Assembly: GCA_963818475.1 (NCBI GenBank)
Contig: CAWFSF010000005.1
Span: 640,001 to 704,000 of the forward strand
From: Nitrospirota bacterium
GTDB lineage: Bacteria; Nitrospirota; UBA9217
DNA length: 64,000 bases
Direction: 5' to 3'
The notes below the pieces were generated by a model. That model was given only the letters and a program-made list of their open reading frames with translations. It did not search any database and had not been told where the DNA came from. Shown one piece after another: positions 10,101 through 19,214 of the stretch. Position numbers and translations under genes: made by a program. Position 1 is the stretch's first letter, and every line of letters begins with the position of its first letter.

Positions 10101-12611
10101 TCTTGCGGCCCGCGTCGTGACTTGGAAATCCGCGGATTTCCCACTAATAGTCAGCTTCGTTGTGGTCATCGTGCTGAAGTTCGGTGACGATAATTGCTTT
10201 ACACGCACCACATCTCCGGCCGTCACTGTGGAAGGCGTTGTTGTTGAATAGGGGCTGAATGAAAGACCACCGTCCGTTGAGACCGAATACCAGCCGCCTG
10301 TAATCGATATAGGGACAGACGTATTGATCCCGCTGACGGTTATCGATAGCGAAGTGACCTCGGCATTTCGCTCCGCATTGGTCACGCTATAAAGGTAAAA
10401 TACATCCGGCGTTACATCGGCATTAATTAAAATCATAACGCCATCATCACTAGTAACGGCCAGGTCGATCCTTCCATCTTTGTCAAAATCGCCGGCGGTC
10501 AATCTCCTGATGTAATTACTTCCCCAGACCATATCCTGCCCGCGGGTAAAAGTGCCGTCTCCATTTCCCTGCAATATTGAAAGCTCATGGGCGGAGCTGG
10601 ACGTCACTGCCAGATCCAGTTTGCCGTCTCTATTAAAATCACCGGTGACGATGGACTCCAGTGAACTGTTCGCGGCGATATAGTCGGTATGCGGGCCGAG
10701 CGTTCCGTCACCATTGCCCATAAGAATGGAAACATCTGCAGCATACGAACTTGCTGCTGCCAGGTCCAGTTTGCCGTCGCCGTTAAAATCACCAACCGTG
10801 ATCGCTGTTGGCGCATTTGCCGTCACATATGGGGCCGTCGCTTGGAACGTTCCATCTCCATTCCCGATGAGAACTGAAACAGCATTTGAACCACGATTCG
10901 CCACTAACAGGTCTATTTTACCGTCCCGATCGAAGTCTCTGGCGATAACGTCAAAAGGACCTGCGCCTGCTCCATAGCTTACGGCCGCAAGGAAACTGCC
11001 ATCTTCCTTTCCAAGCAAGATTGAAACATCATTGCTTCCACTATTCGCCACCGCCAAGTCGGCTATGCCGTCCCCGTTGACATCCGTTGATAGAAGCGCT
11101 CTGCAATATGACCCTGCTGCATAGTATACAGATGGCTGGAAAGTACCGTCACCAACGCCGAAACGAACGGATATGTTATTGTTGCTGCCATGTGCAACGG
11201 CCAGGTCGATCTTCCCATCTCTATTGAAATCGCCAGTGGCAACACCACTTCGATACGCCGCAGATGCCGTGATGGAAGCTGAGAAAGTTCCATCGCCGGT
11301 TCCCGATAAAAGGGAAATGTTGTGAACATTGTCGTTATAGTCTGCCACAACAAGATCCAGGCTGCCATCTTTGTTAAAGTCTGCCGCGGTAATAGCTTCA
11401 CTGTAGATATAAGGATAAATTTCGGACTGCACAAGAAACGTGCCGGACGGCTCGAGCACAGTCGTGTTCATCGCAACAGCTATCTTATTGCTTGCGGCAT
11501 ATGCCACCACAATGTCCGTCTTCCCGTCACCATTCAGGTCATCTGCAACCGCTGCGACGACCCCGTTGTTTTCTACTTGAAGTCCATTTCCCCATGGAAG
11601 AGTTCCACCCTTGCCATTTCCATAGTAAATCATTGCATTATACAAACTCACATCCCGCGTCACTATATAATCTACATTGCCGTCTCCATTAAAGTCCCCT
11701 GTTGCCAAAAATGTTGGATAATTGCCCACACCATTGTTCAAAATCGTCTGGAAGGTGCCGTTGCCATTCCCCTTTAAATGAGAAACCCATCCGCTTCCAT
11801 AGCTCGCGACCAGGAGATCCAACTTCCCGTCGCTGTCGAAATCGACAATAGCAACAGCCCTCGGCCCGCTCCTCACGCTCGTAGTGGCCGCTGCCTGGAA
11901 CGTGCCGTTACCATTCCCGTTCAGTATAGAGATGGTGGCATCATTCTCATTGGTCACCACCAGGTCAAGGCTGCCATCGCCGTTAATATCGCCAATCGCG
12001 ATCGATGATGGAGCGTTGCCTGAAGCGTAAGTGATCGCGGTTTGGAACGTAGCATCCCCATTCCCCAGAAGGATCGAGACATTGCCGCTCCCCCCATTAG
12101 CGACAGCCAGGTCAGGCTTACCATCACGGTTAAAATCACCGACGGCAATAGCAGCAGGTGCGTCGCCTGCAGCATAGTTTGCAGCGGCCCGGAACGTTCC
12201 GTCCCCATTCCCCAGTAATACAGAAATAGATGCGCCCGCAGCCGCGAGATCGGTCTTTCCATCGCCGTTAAAATCTGCTGCAAGGATCCCAACCGGACTT
12301 GCAGCGACGGCATAATTTACTGCAGGATTGTACGAGCCGGTCCCTGTTGATAGGAGTATTGATATGTTGTCGCTATACCGATTCGCCGTGGCAATATCGC
12401 GTTTTCCGTCACGATTAAAGTCGGCGATTACTATTGCGTTAGGACCAGATCCCGTTCCAAGATGGTTCGGTGAAGCGAAGACCGCCAGTCCTTCAGCTGA
12501 AGCTGACGACGTGATACTTAGAAGTGCAAAAATCAAGACGAAAGCGATGGAAAGCTTTTTCTTCTTAATAACGGAACTGGGAAGAAGATGGGACATAAGC
12601 ATTTTTATCAT
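7143..12611 (-). CDS. Large secreted FG-GAP/VCBS repeat protein with Ig-like, NHL and C-terminal tandem repeats (putative adhesin)
   Basis: Signal peptide; 14 DxNxDGxxD FG-GAP repeats (7+7); PDxFxF Ig-like repeats; 5 NHL repeats (GNIYIADTNN.RIRKV); 4 x 99-aa C-terminal repeats; AGGAG RBS. Confidence 0.92.
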   Translation of the reverse strand: MIKMLMSHLLPSSVIKKKKLSIAFVLIFALLSITSSASAEGLAVFASPNHLGTGSGPNAIVIADFNRDGKRDIATANRYSDNISILLSTGTGSYNPAVNYAVAASPVGILAADFNGDGKTDLAAAGASISVLLGNGDGTFRAAANYAAGDAPAAIAVGDFNRDGKPDLAVANGGSGNVSILLGNGDATFQTAITYASGNAPSSIAIGDINGDGSLDLVVTNENDATISILNGNGNGTFQAAATTSVRSGPRAVAIVDFDSDGKLDLLVASYGSGWVSHLKGNGNGTFQTILNNGVGNYPTFLATGDFNGDGNVDYIVTRDVSLYNAMIYYGNGKGGTLPWGNGLQVENNGVVAAVADDLNGDGKTDIVVAYAASNKIAVAMNTTVLEPSGTFLVQSEIYPYIYSEAITAADFNKDGSLDLVVADYNDNVHNISLLSGTGDGTFSASITASAAYRSGVATGDFNRDGKIDLAVAHGSNNNISVRFGVGDGTFQPSVYYAAGSYCRALLSTDVNGDGIADLAVANSGSNDVSILLGKEDGSFLAAVSYGAGAGPFDVIARDFDRDGKIDLLVANRGSNAVSVLIGNGDGTFQATAPYVTANAPTAITVGDFNGDGKLDLAAASSYAADVSILMGNGDGTLGPHTDYIAANSSLESIVTGDFNRDGKLDLAVTSSSAHELSILQGNGDGTFTRGQDMVWGSNYIRRLTAGDFDKDGRIDLAVTSDDGVMILINADVTPDVFYLYSVTNAERNAEVTSLSITVSGINTSVPISITGGWYSVSTDGGLSFSPYSTTTPSTVTAGDVVRVKQLSSPNFSTMTTTKLTISGKSADFQVTTRAARTTPYPFSFVDQVGVTTSTLVTSNSIIVVGIEAPATIYISGGEYEINGNGMWSSASGTVANNDTVRVRQVSSPLDGTRTDTAVTIGGVSDTFSITTFVPDDQFVFIDQTNVMLSTLITSNSIIVTGISMPTSVAITNGEYEVNGSGVWSSASGTVVYNDVLRVRQVSSPVGGTRTDTTLTIGGVSDTFSVTTLVPDTIPDPFAFAGQTNVTVDTLITSNSITVSGLEAAAPVTITDGEYAGVAVDSHGNIYIADTNNNRVRKVDATTGVITTVAGTGSSGYYGNNLPATSAWLSAPRGIALDSAGNIYIADTNNYRIRKVNVTTGVITAVAGSGAYGYFGDNGSATSTGLASPRGLAVDGSGNIYIADTNDNRIRKVDATTGVITTVAGNGASGYSGDNVAATSAAIYMPFGVSVTISGDIYIADTYNHRIRKVDAITGLITTIAGSGTFGFAGDYGPATAANINNPSGVAFDSTGNVYIADMSNSRIRKIVAYDTMPDSFSFIAQTSIAVNTQVMSNTITVTGINSAVAISIAGGEYEVNGSGIWTSATGTVNNGYSVRVRQTSSQNYSTTTTASLTIGSVSAVFNVTTLVPVSSVTLTASPASPRLVNTPVTFTATATGGETSKEYQFAVKDPVSGVMTVLQQYGPSNTFPYTPTAAGTYTIRVYVRNVGSPVSYEAARWFTDSAVTSSPVTTVTLAASPAGPRLVNTPATFTATATGGGESKEYQFAVKDPVSGVMTVIQPYGPSNTFPYTPTAAGMYTIRVYARNVGSPASYEAVQWFTDNVVTSSPVTSVTLAASPAGPRLVNTPVTFTATATGGGTSKEYQFAVKDPASGVMTVLQPYGPSNTFPYTPTDAGTYSIRVYVRNEGSAAVYEAVQWLTDNVLASAPVTRATLSASPLSPRLVNTPVTFTATATDGGESKEYQFAVKDPVSGVMTVIQPYGPSNTFPYTPTNAGTYSIRVYVRNVGSEASFEAARWLTDVVTP
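7146..8322 (-). repeat. Four 297-nt intragenic tandem repeats
   Basis: AACTGGTACT anchor recurs at 7324, 7621, 7918 and 8215. Confidence 0.9.
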
Positions 12612-12955
12612 GTTGATCTCCTTAAATCTGCGGCAACAGTCGAAGTGGCATTTGTAGCCCCGTCAATGACACTCACGCTAGCGTTGCCTCTATTTCCCAC
12701 GTATATTTTTTTCGTTCAGGATTCACTGCCACAAGCCCTAGGCTCAGCCCCACCGCAACAGTGACGGTGTTCGTCTTACCGTCTATCACGGTCACATTTT
12801 GTCTGTCGAAATTAGTCACGTATGTCCTGTTGATGACTAAGGTTCACCGCTACTTCTATAGGATTCAATCCGACGGGTATGGTAGCAGTCACATATTCGG
12901 CTTGCGCTGCCAGGCTCCCCACGTTCCAGGCGCTCACCTGAATGGTGAAAACCAT
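12608..12955 (-). pseudogene. Truncated YVTN/YncE-type beta-propeller gene remnant
   Basis: Translation across two frameshifts: ATIPVGLNPIEVAVN / NRTYVTNFDRQNVTVIDGKTN...VAVNP / KIYVGNRGNASVSVIDGATN. Its TGA overlaps the FG-GAP start (ATGA). Confidence 0.75.
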
Positions 12956-13317
12956 GTCCAAATCTTTGCTATGCATAATGAATGGAACGCAACCGTAGCT
13001 TAAAAGCGTAGGATAGCCCGGGAGAGAAATGCAGCCGTTAGTGAAAAAATGTAAATTTTTCCAATAGGGCCATGCAATTTTGAATGGTCGCAGTATAGAT
13101 GCAGTATCCTGCAATGTACATTAAAAAATCAGGGTAATTTAAGGGTAATGGGTTTTAGCTTGACAAGACAACTATTTTCAGATGCAACAGCTTTTCACAC
13201 TCGCCAATATGCCAATTTAACAGTGTTCTACGGGAACCCCAGAAATCCATCCGAACGCTGCGCTGAAAGATCAAACTTGCAGCGATTCAACCTTTGGCCC
13301 TGACCCGCTCCCACATA

Positions 13318-13346
13318 TTGTACCGACCGGCCACCTGTGCTATACT
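13318..13346 (+). promoter_or_regulatory. Sigma70-type promoter (TTGTAC-N17-TATACT, extended -10)
   Basis: Consensus-like hexamers with a 17-nt spacer; ATG at 13356 with no SD. Confidence 0.65.
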
Positions 13347-13355
13347 GGTTTCACT

Positions 13356-14103
13356 ATGAATAGACCGAACCTCGCCGGACTGCCGACTGTCGTGGCAGAA
13401 AAGATCGCTCCCATGCTGGATGACCTCCTGGGACACCAGGCAGCAGGCATCCACTCGATCCATATCGTCGGCAGCGCCGTGATCTCCGACTACAACGAAA
13501 AGCTTTCGGACATCAACTCCGTGGTCGTGCTGCACCAGATGGACCTTGAGTTCATCGAGTTCCTTGCCCCGCTCGGCAAAAAATACGGCAAGAAAAAGAT
13601 CGCGGCCCCGCTCGTGATGACGCCGGTTTATATCGAGGACTCGCTCGACGCCTTTCCCAGTGGAGTTCCTCGATTTCAAGCTCATCCACAAGACCATCTA
13701 CGGGCCGGACCTGTTCACCGGCCTTCAGATCCTTCCCGCGAATCTGCGGCTTCAATGCGAACGGGAGATCAAGACCAGGCAGATCCATCTGCGCCAGGGC
13801 TATATCTCGTCGCTCGGGAAGAAAGAGCACCTCTCCGCTCTGCTCGTCCGGTCCTTCACCGGGTCCATGGCGCTCTTCCGCGCGATCATCTCACTGCTCG
13901 GCAAAGAGCCGCCCATCCCCCGTCAGCAGGTCATCCGTCTCTTTAAGGAAACAACCGGCGTGGACACTGCCGTATTCGAAAAGATCCTCCTGCTCAAGTC
14001 CGGGAACGTCAAGCTTTCGGAACAGGACCTGCGCTCCTTGTTCGAACAGTACTACAACGCGCTCGAAGCCTTTGGAAAGACCATCAATGCTCTCCCGCAC
14101 TAA
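13356..14103 (+). CDS. Nucleotidyltransferase-fold protein (frameshift near 13658)
   Basis: IVGSAV...SDINSVVVL NTase motif; continues in the 13660..14103 frame (EFLDFKLIH...LRLQCEREIK). Family commonly adjacent to TPM/LemA genes. Confidence 0.75.
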
Positions 14104-14872
14104 CAAGCTCATCATCCTGCTGCCACTCTTCCTGGCGCTCATTGCCCCGCTCGCTACGGCATCGACACCCAAGCCTCCGGCCATGCCGCGCGACTACGTG
14201 GTCGACCTGGCCGGGGTCATGGACGGAAACTCCAGCGTACGGTTGAACGCATTGCTTCGGGAACTGGAACAGAAGACCACGGCGCAGGTGCTGGTGCTGA
14301 CGGTCCAGAGCCTTGACGGAGAGAGCATCGAGGAATTCGCCCTCACGACCAAGGAAACCTGGAAGCTCGGCCAGAAGGGCAAGGACAACGGCGTGCTGAT
14401 CGTGGTTGCGGTGCAGGACCGGAAGTACCGCATCGAGGTCGGCTATGGCCTGGAAAGCATCCTTCCCGACAGCATGGTCGGCACCATCGGCAGGGAGTAC
14501 CTGGTCCCCTATTTCAGAAAGGGCGACTACGGAGGCGGGGTCTCGGCTGCCGCCCTCGCCATCATCCAGACCATCGCGGCCAGCGAAGGCGTCCAGATCA
14601 CGAACATGCCCGAAGTCAGGCAGCCGCGGGGCAGCGTACAAACCAGGCCGCTCGGCAAATTTCAAACGGTCATGATGGTCATTTTATTTATTGTGGCCGT
14701 CATTCTGTTCATAACCCATCCCGGCCAGTGTTTCCTTCTTATACTGGCCTCGTCCATGGGCGGCCGCGGAGGCGGCTGGTCAGGAGGCGGTGGCGGCTTT
14801 GGCGGTGGCGGAAGCTTCGGCGGAGGAGGCGGCGGTTCCGGAGGAGGCGGCGGAGCGTCCGGAGGGTGGTAG
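14087..14872 (+). CDS. TPM-domain (YgcG-like) membrane protein
   Basis: YVVDLAGV, WKLGQKGKDNGVLI, RIEVGYGLE, and a Gly-rich tail ending GGGASGGW. Confidence 0.92.
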   Translation: MLSRTNKLIILLPLFLALIAPLATASTPKPPAMPRDYVVDLAGVMDGNSSVRLNALLRELEQKTTAQVLVLTVQSLDGESIEEFALTTKETWKLGQKGKDNGVLIVVAVQDRKYRIEVGYGLESILPDSMVGTIGREYLVPYFRKGDYGGGVSAAALAIIQTIAASEGVQITNMPEVRQPRGSVQTRPLGKFQTVMMVILFIVAVILFITHPGQCFLLILASSMGGRGGGWSGGGGGFGGGGSFGGGGGGSGGGGGASGGW

Positions 14873-14892
14873 AATAATACCAGGAACGACCA

Positions 14893-15013
14893 TTGGCGCA
14901 GATCGACGCAGATGTTCGCAGATAAAACGAGACATTCAGTTTGAAAAGGTCCTTCACTAAAGAGTTTTTTAATCTGTGTTAATCCGCGTTCATCCGACGT
15001 TATCTGCGTCCAA
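14893..15013. repeat. Intergenic palindromic element, 9-10-bp-period CGCAGAT/ATCTGCG arms
   Basis: Left arm cgcagatcgacgcagatgttcgcagat; right arm atctgtgttaatccgcgttcatccgacgttatctgcg. Confidence 0.75.
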
Positions 15014-15050
15014 GTGCTTTTTTAGATTTTAATAAAAAATGGAGGATACC

Positions 15051-15629
15051 ATGAGCAACGGAGTAAAAACAGTACTGATCATTCTCGGCATCATCGCGGT
15101 GGTCGCCATCGGCATGGTCCTGTACGGAGTGGGCCAGTACAACCACGTCGTGACCATGGACGAGCAGGTGAAGTCCCAATGGGCGCAGGTGGAGAACCAG
15201 TTAAAACGGCGCTACGACCTGATCCCGAACCTGGTCAATACAGTCGCTGGCTATGCCAAGCACGAAAAGGAGCTCTTCGAGAATCTTGCCAACGCGCGGA
15301 CAAAGTATTTCCAGGCGCCGACGCCGCAGGGAAAGATCGCTGCCTCGCAGCAGCTCGAAGGCCTGCTGTCGCGCCTTCTCGTCCTGCAGGAAACCTATCC
15401 CCAGCTGAAGGCGAACGAGGGATTCCTGAAACTGCAGGACAGCCTGGAAGGCACCGAGAACCGGATCGCTGTGGAGCGGAAGCGCTATAACGACGACGTA
15501 CGGACGCTGAACACCTACCGCAGGTCGGTCTTCGGAAGGTTCTTCGCGTCCCTGGCCGGCGTCGGTGAGGCAGCCTACTTCGAGATCCCGGAAGCTGAGA
15601 AAGAAGCGCCCAAGGTAATGTTCCCGTAA
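15051..15629 (+). CDS. lemA: LemA family protein
   Basis: WAQVENQLKRRYDLIPNLV, YPQLKANE, LEGTENRIAVER..YN. Confidence 0.95.
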   Translation: MSNGVKTVLIILGIIAVVAIGMVLYGVGQYNHVVTMDEQVKSQWAQVENQLKRRYDLIPNLVNTVAGYAKHEKELFENLANARTKYFQAPTPQGKIAASQQLEGLLSRLLVLQETYPQLKANEGFLKLQDSLEGTENRIAVERKRYNDDVRTLNTYRRSVFGRFFASLAGVGEAAYFEIPEAEKEAPKVMFP

Positions 15630-15807
15630 CCTTCGACATCATGCTTGCTTTGCGTTTCCTTGACGGCCGGGACGGAGTCGAAATGACCCCTCCCGGTCTT
15701 TTGTTTTTTTTCCGCCGTCGTCAAATGTGTCCGCGCTGCTTCACCCGGCGGCATCGTCATAATGAACTCGCGCAACGCATTCCTTGGACACGGCCTGTAA
15801 AAAGGGC

Positions 15808-15852
15808 TTGCTTTTATTGCCTACCTGGGCTAATGTAAGTGCCTGCTTACAT
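15808..15852 (+). promoter_or_regulatory. TetR promoter and probable operator
   Basis: TTGCTT-N17-TAATGT overlapped by the inverted repeat ATGTAAG-tgcctg-CTTACAT (15833-15852), which abuts the tetR ATG. Confidence 0.7.
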
Positions 15853-16450
15853 GAAAAAAACCGATACAAAAAAACGATTGCTCGAGGCCACGCTCAAACT
15901 GATCTCCGACAAGGGCTATATGGGCGCCACCACGCGCGAGATCGCCCGGGAAGCGGGCGTGACCGAACTCACCCTGTTCCGGCATTTCGGCTCAAAGGAA
16001 AAACTTTTTAAAGAGCTGCTCGGCAGCTATACCTTTCTTCCCAAGCTGAAGGAACTGCTGCCCGAGCTGGAGGGCCTTTCGAGCAGGGAAGCACTGGAGC
16101 TCATTGCCACGCGTTTTCTGCTGACCCTGAAAGAGCGGAAGTCCATGGTCAAAATCATGTATTCCGAGTACACGTCCTACCCTGAGAATATCAGGGAGGT
16201 GTATAATAAATTTGTGCAGGAGATGCGGACCACGGTGGCGTCCTTTTTTGAAGGCCTGCAAAAACGTGGCGTGCTTCGAAAGAACATATCGCCCGCCATG
16301 ACGGCCCGAATGTTCCTCTGGATACTTTTATCCTATTTCAGGTCCGAGGAGATCATGCAGTCTTCCGGCATGAAAAAGGCCTCCATGGAAAAACACATCC
16401 GCGAGATGATCGACATCTTCATGTCCGGGACCATGATTGACAACACGTAA
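15851..16450 (+). CDS. TetR/AcrR family transcriptional regulator
   Basis: N-terminal HTH GYMGATTREIAREAGVTELTLFRHFGSKEKL. Confidence 0.95.
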   Translation: MKKTDTKKRLLEATLKLISDKGYMGATTREIAREAGVTELTLFRHFGSKEKLFKELLGSYTFLPKLKELLPELEGLSSREALELIATRFLLTLKERKSMVKIMYSEYTSYPENIREVYNKFVQEMRTTVASFFEGLQKRGVLRKNISPAMTARMFLWILLSYFRSEEIMQSSGMKKASMEKHIREMIDIFMSGTMIDNT

Positions 16451-16475
16451 CGAAAGCACGAAACAGGAGGGCATT

Positions 16476-17867
16476 ATGCGAAAACTGCACATCTTCAGTC
16501 CCCTGATCACCCCCGTTACCGCCCTATCCGCATTGCTGTTGTTCATAGCGCCCGCCTTTTCAGAGGAACCGGTTCCGCCGGTGAGCCAGGAGGAAAAGCC
16601 GTCGCGCGCTCAGCAGCCTGAAATAACGACGGCCGCAGACACCGGGCAGATCCTGCAGGGAGAGATGATCACCCTCGCGCGGAGCATCGGGATCGCGCTT
16701 AAAAAGAATCCAGCTATTGTTGCGGCCTTCAACGTCGTCGAGGCCGGCAAGGGCCGGGTCGGCGTGGCGCGGTCGGGCTATTACCCGCAAATCTCCGCGC
16801 AGGGCGGGTACACCAGGATCAGCCCCATGCAATCGACACCAACCGGGACCTTCCTGCGACTGAACAACTATGACCAATACAGCGGCAGCGTGTCAGCCAG
16901 CCAGAACCTGATCGACTTCGGCAAGACCTCGTCCCAGGTCAACATCTCGAAATACAACCTCGAAGCGTCACGTTCGGACCTCAACACTACATCGGACCAG
17001 GTCATTTTCAACGTCAAGCAGTCCTACTACAACGTGTTGCAGGCGCGGCGCAGCCGTGACGTGTCTGCTGACATCGTTAAGCAGTTCCAGCAGCACCTCG
17101 ATCAGGCAAAGGGATTCTATGATGTCGGCACCAGGGCAAAGATCGACGTGACCAAAGCCGAGGTCGACCTGAGCAACGCCCGGTTGAACCTGATCAGGGC
17201 CGAGAACGCCCTCAAGATCTCCTGGGTCGTCCTGAACAATGCCATGGGCATGCCTCAAGCTCCGGAGTACACACTCGAGGACGACCTGGCGATCCATAAG
17301 TTCGAGATCTCTTCTGAAGAAGCGCTGAAGCGCGCCTACGAAAACCGTCCCGATCTCAGATCGCTCATTGCGAAACGCGAGGCGGCAGAGGAGGCCATCG
17401 GCCTTGCGCGCACCGGCTACTATCCGGCCCTGACGGGAAGCGCGAGCTACGGCATGTCCGGCGAGGATTTTCCGCTTGACCATGGCTGGAGCGCCGGCGT
17501 GGTCCTGACCATCCCCCTGTTCAATGGTTTTTTGACCTCCCACCAGGTCGCGGAAGCAAAAGCAAACCTGTACGCGCTGAAAGCAAATGAAGAAACGCTG
17601 CGGCAGCAGGTGCTGCTCGACATTCAACAGGCCTACCTGAACCTGCAGCAGGCGAACGACAGCATCGCCACCGCGGAGCTCGCCGTACAACAGGCCCGGG
17701 AGAACCTGGACCTCGCGAACGGCCGCTATGCTGCGGGCGTCGGCAGTCCCATTGAGGTCACTGATGCTTTTGCAGCCTATACCAATGCCCAGGCATCATA
17801 TACGAACGCGCTCTACAGCTACAAGATCGCACAGGCAAGCATCGAGCAGGCCATGGGCGCGCGATAA
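16476..17867 (+). CDS. TolC family outer membrane efflux protein
   Basis: Signal peptide; two OEP repeats (ARSGYYPQIS / ARTGYYPALT); RYAAGVGSPIEVTDA. Confidence 0.93.
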   Translation: MRKLHIFSPLITPVTALSALLLFIAPAFSEEPVPPVSQEEKPSRAQQPEITTAADTGQILQGEMITLARSIGIALKKNPAIVAAFNVVEAGKGRVGVARSGYYPQISAQGGYTRISPMQSTPTGTFLRLNNYDQYSGSVSASQNLIDFGKTSSQVNISKYNLEASRSDLNTTSDQVIFNVKQSYYNVLQARRSRDVSADIVKQFQQHLDQAKGFYDVGTRAKIDVTKAEVDLSNARLNLIRAENALKISWVVLNNAMGMPQAPEYTLEDDLAIHKFEISSEEALKRAYENRPDLRSLIAKREAAEEAIGLARTGYYPALTGSASYGMSGEDFPLDHGWSAGVVLTIPLFNGFLTSHQVAEAKANLYALKANEETLRQQVLLDIQQAYLNLQQANDSIATAELAVQQARENLDLANGRYAAGVGSPIEVTDAFAAYTNAQASYTNALYSYKIAQASIEQAMGAR

Positions 17868-17886
17868 ACATCCGGAGAGGAGCAGC

Positions 17887-19108
17887 ATGAAGAAAGGCAG
17901 CAACCCCAGATGGTCCGCTACTACACAGATATTCCTGATGACGCTCCTTGCCGTGGCCGCGTCACCTGCCTGCTCCAAGGCAAAACAGCCTCCGCCGAAG
18001 GTCGTACCCGTGGTCGCCGAACAAGCTGACCGGAAAAACATCCCCTTGCAGGTCAAGGCGATCGGGAACGTCGAAGCGTTCAATGCCGTATCGATCAAGA
18101 CCCTGGTCGGCGGGGCCGTGGAGGGAGTGTACTTTCGGGAAGGACAGGATGTTGCCAAAGGCTCGCTGCTGTTCAAGATAGATCCCGCCCCTTACGAGGC
18201 CGCGCTCAGGCAGGCTGAGGCGAACCTCGCGCGCGACCTGGCACAGTCAAAAAATGCCGAGGAGCAGGCCAGAGCGGTACGCCATCCTGGTGGAGAAGGA
18301 TTACGTTGCCAAGGACCAGTACGACCAGATCCGGGCCAATGCCGACGCTCTGGCAGCCGTGGTCGACGCGGACCGGGCCGCTGTCGAGAACAGCAGGCTC
18401 CAGCTGTCCTACTGCACCATCAAGGCGCCCATCAACGGCCGCGCCGGCAGCGTGCTTGTCAATGCGGGCAACATCATCAAGGCGAACGATCTCGCGCTCA
18501 CGACCATCAACCAGATCGTGCCGATCTATGTCGCCTTTTCACTGCCGGAACAGAACCTCGCGGACGTCAAAAAATATTCTGCACGAGGCGAGCTCCAGGT
18601 CGAGGCGAGCATCCCCGGCGATGAAACGCGGCCCGTCCGGGGAGAGCTCACCTTTATCGACAACGCCGTGGACAGGACGACCGGGACCATCAAGCTCAAA
18701 GGGACCTTCAAGAACCTCGACAAGCGGCTCTGGCCGGGACAGTTCGTGGACGTTATCCTGACGCTGACCACGGAGCGAGACCGGGTCATCGTGCCGTCGC
18801 AGGCCGTACAGACAGGCCAGCAGGGCCAGTACGTCTATGTGGTCAAGGATGACCTGACGGCCGATCTCCGCGTCGTGTCGCCCGGCAGGACCTATCAGAC
18901 CTGGACCATCATCGAAAAAGGCGTAGACGCGGGAGAAAAGGTCGTGACCGACGGGCAGCTCCGGCTGGTGCCGGGGGCGAAGGTGGAGATCAAGAACGAG
19001 AAGCAGGAAAATGGCAAGCAGGAATCCAGGTCGGAAAATTTGAACCACGGAGGCACGGAGACACGGAGTAAGGAAGAACCGAAAACACAGAACTCCAAGC
19101 CGAAGTGA
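17887..19108 (+). CDS. RND periplasmic adaptor, MdtA-like (frameshift near 18272)
   Basis: FREGQDVAKGSLLFKIDP in one frame, then YCTIKAPING, IDNAVDRTTGTIKLK and LWPGQFV in the next. Confidence 0.88.
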
Positions 19109-19200
19109 TTTTCTGTAAGCGAAAAACAGCACAAGCGTATTTCGGTAAAATTTCATGGCCGCGGTTTATTGTTTCCTCCGTGACTCCGTGCCTCCGTGGT
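19043..19200. repeat. 9-bp-period palindromic element (ACCACGGAGGCACGGAGACACGGAG ... CTCCGTGACTCCGTGCCTCCGTGGT)
   Basis: Near-perfect inverted arms; the left arm lies inside the 3' end of the adaptor CDS. Confidence 0.85.
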
Positions 19201-19214
19201 GAAGGATTTAATTG

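Noticed and set aside
14761-14870. GGC-rich low-complexity tract
   Set aside because: Normal Gly-rich tail of TPM-domain proteins.
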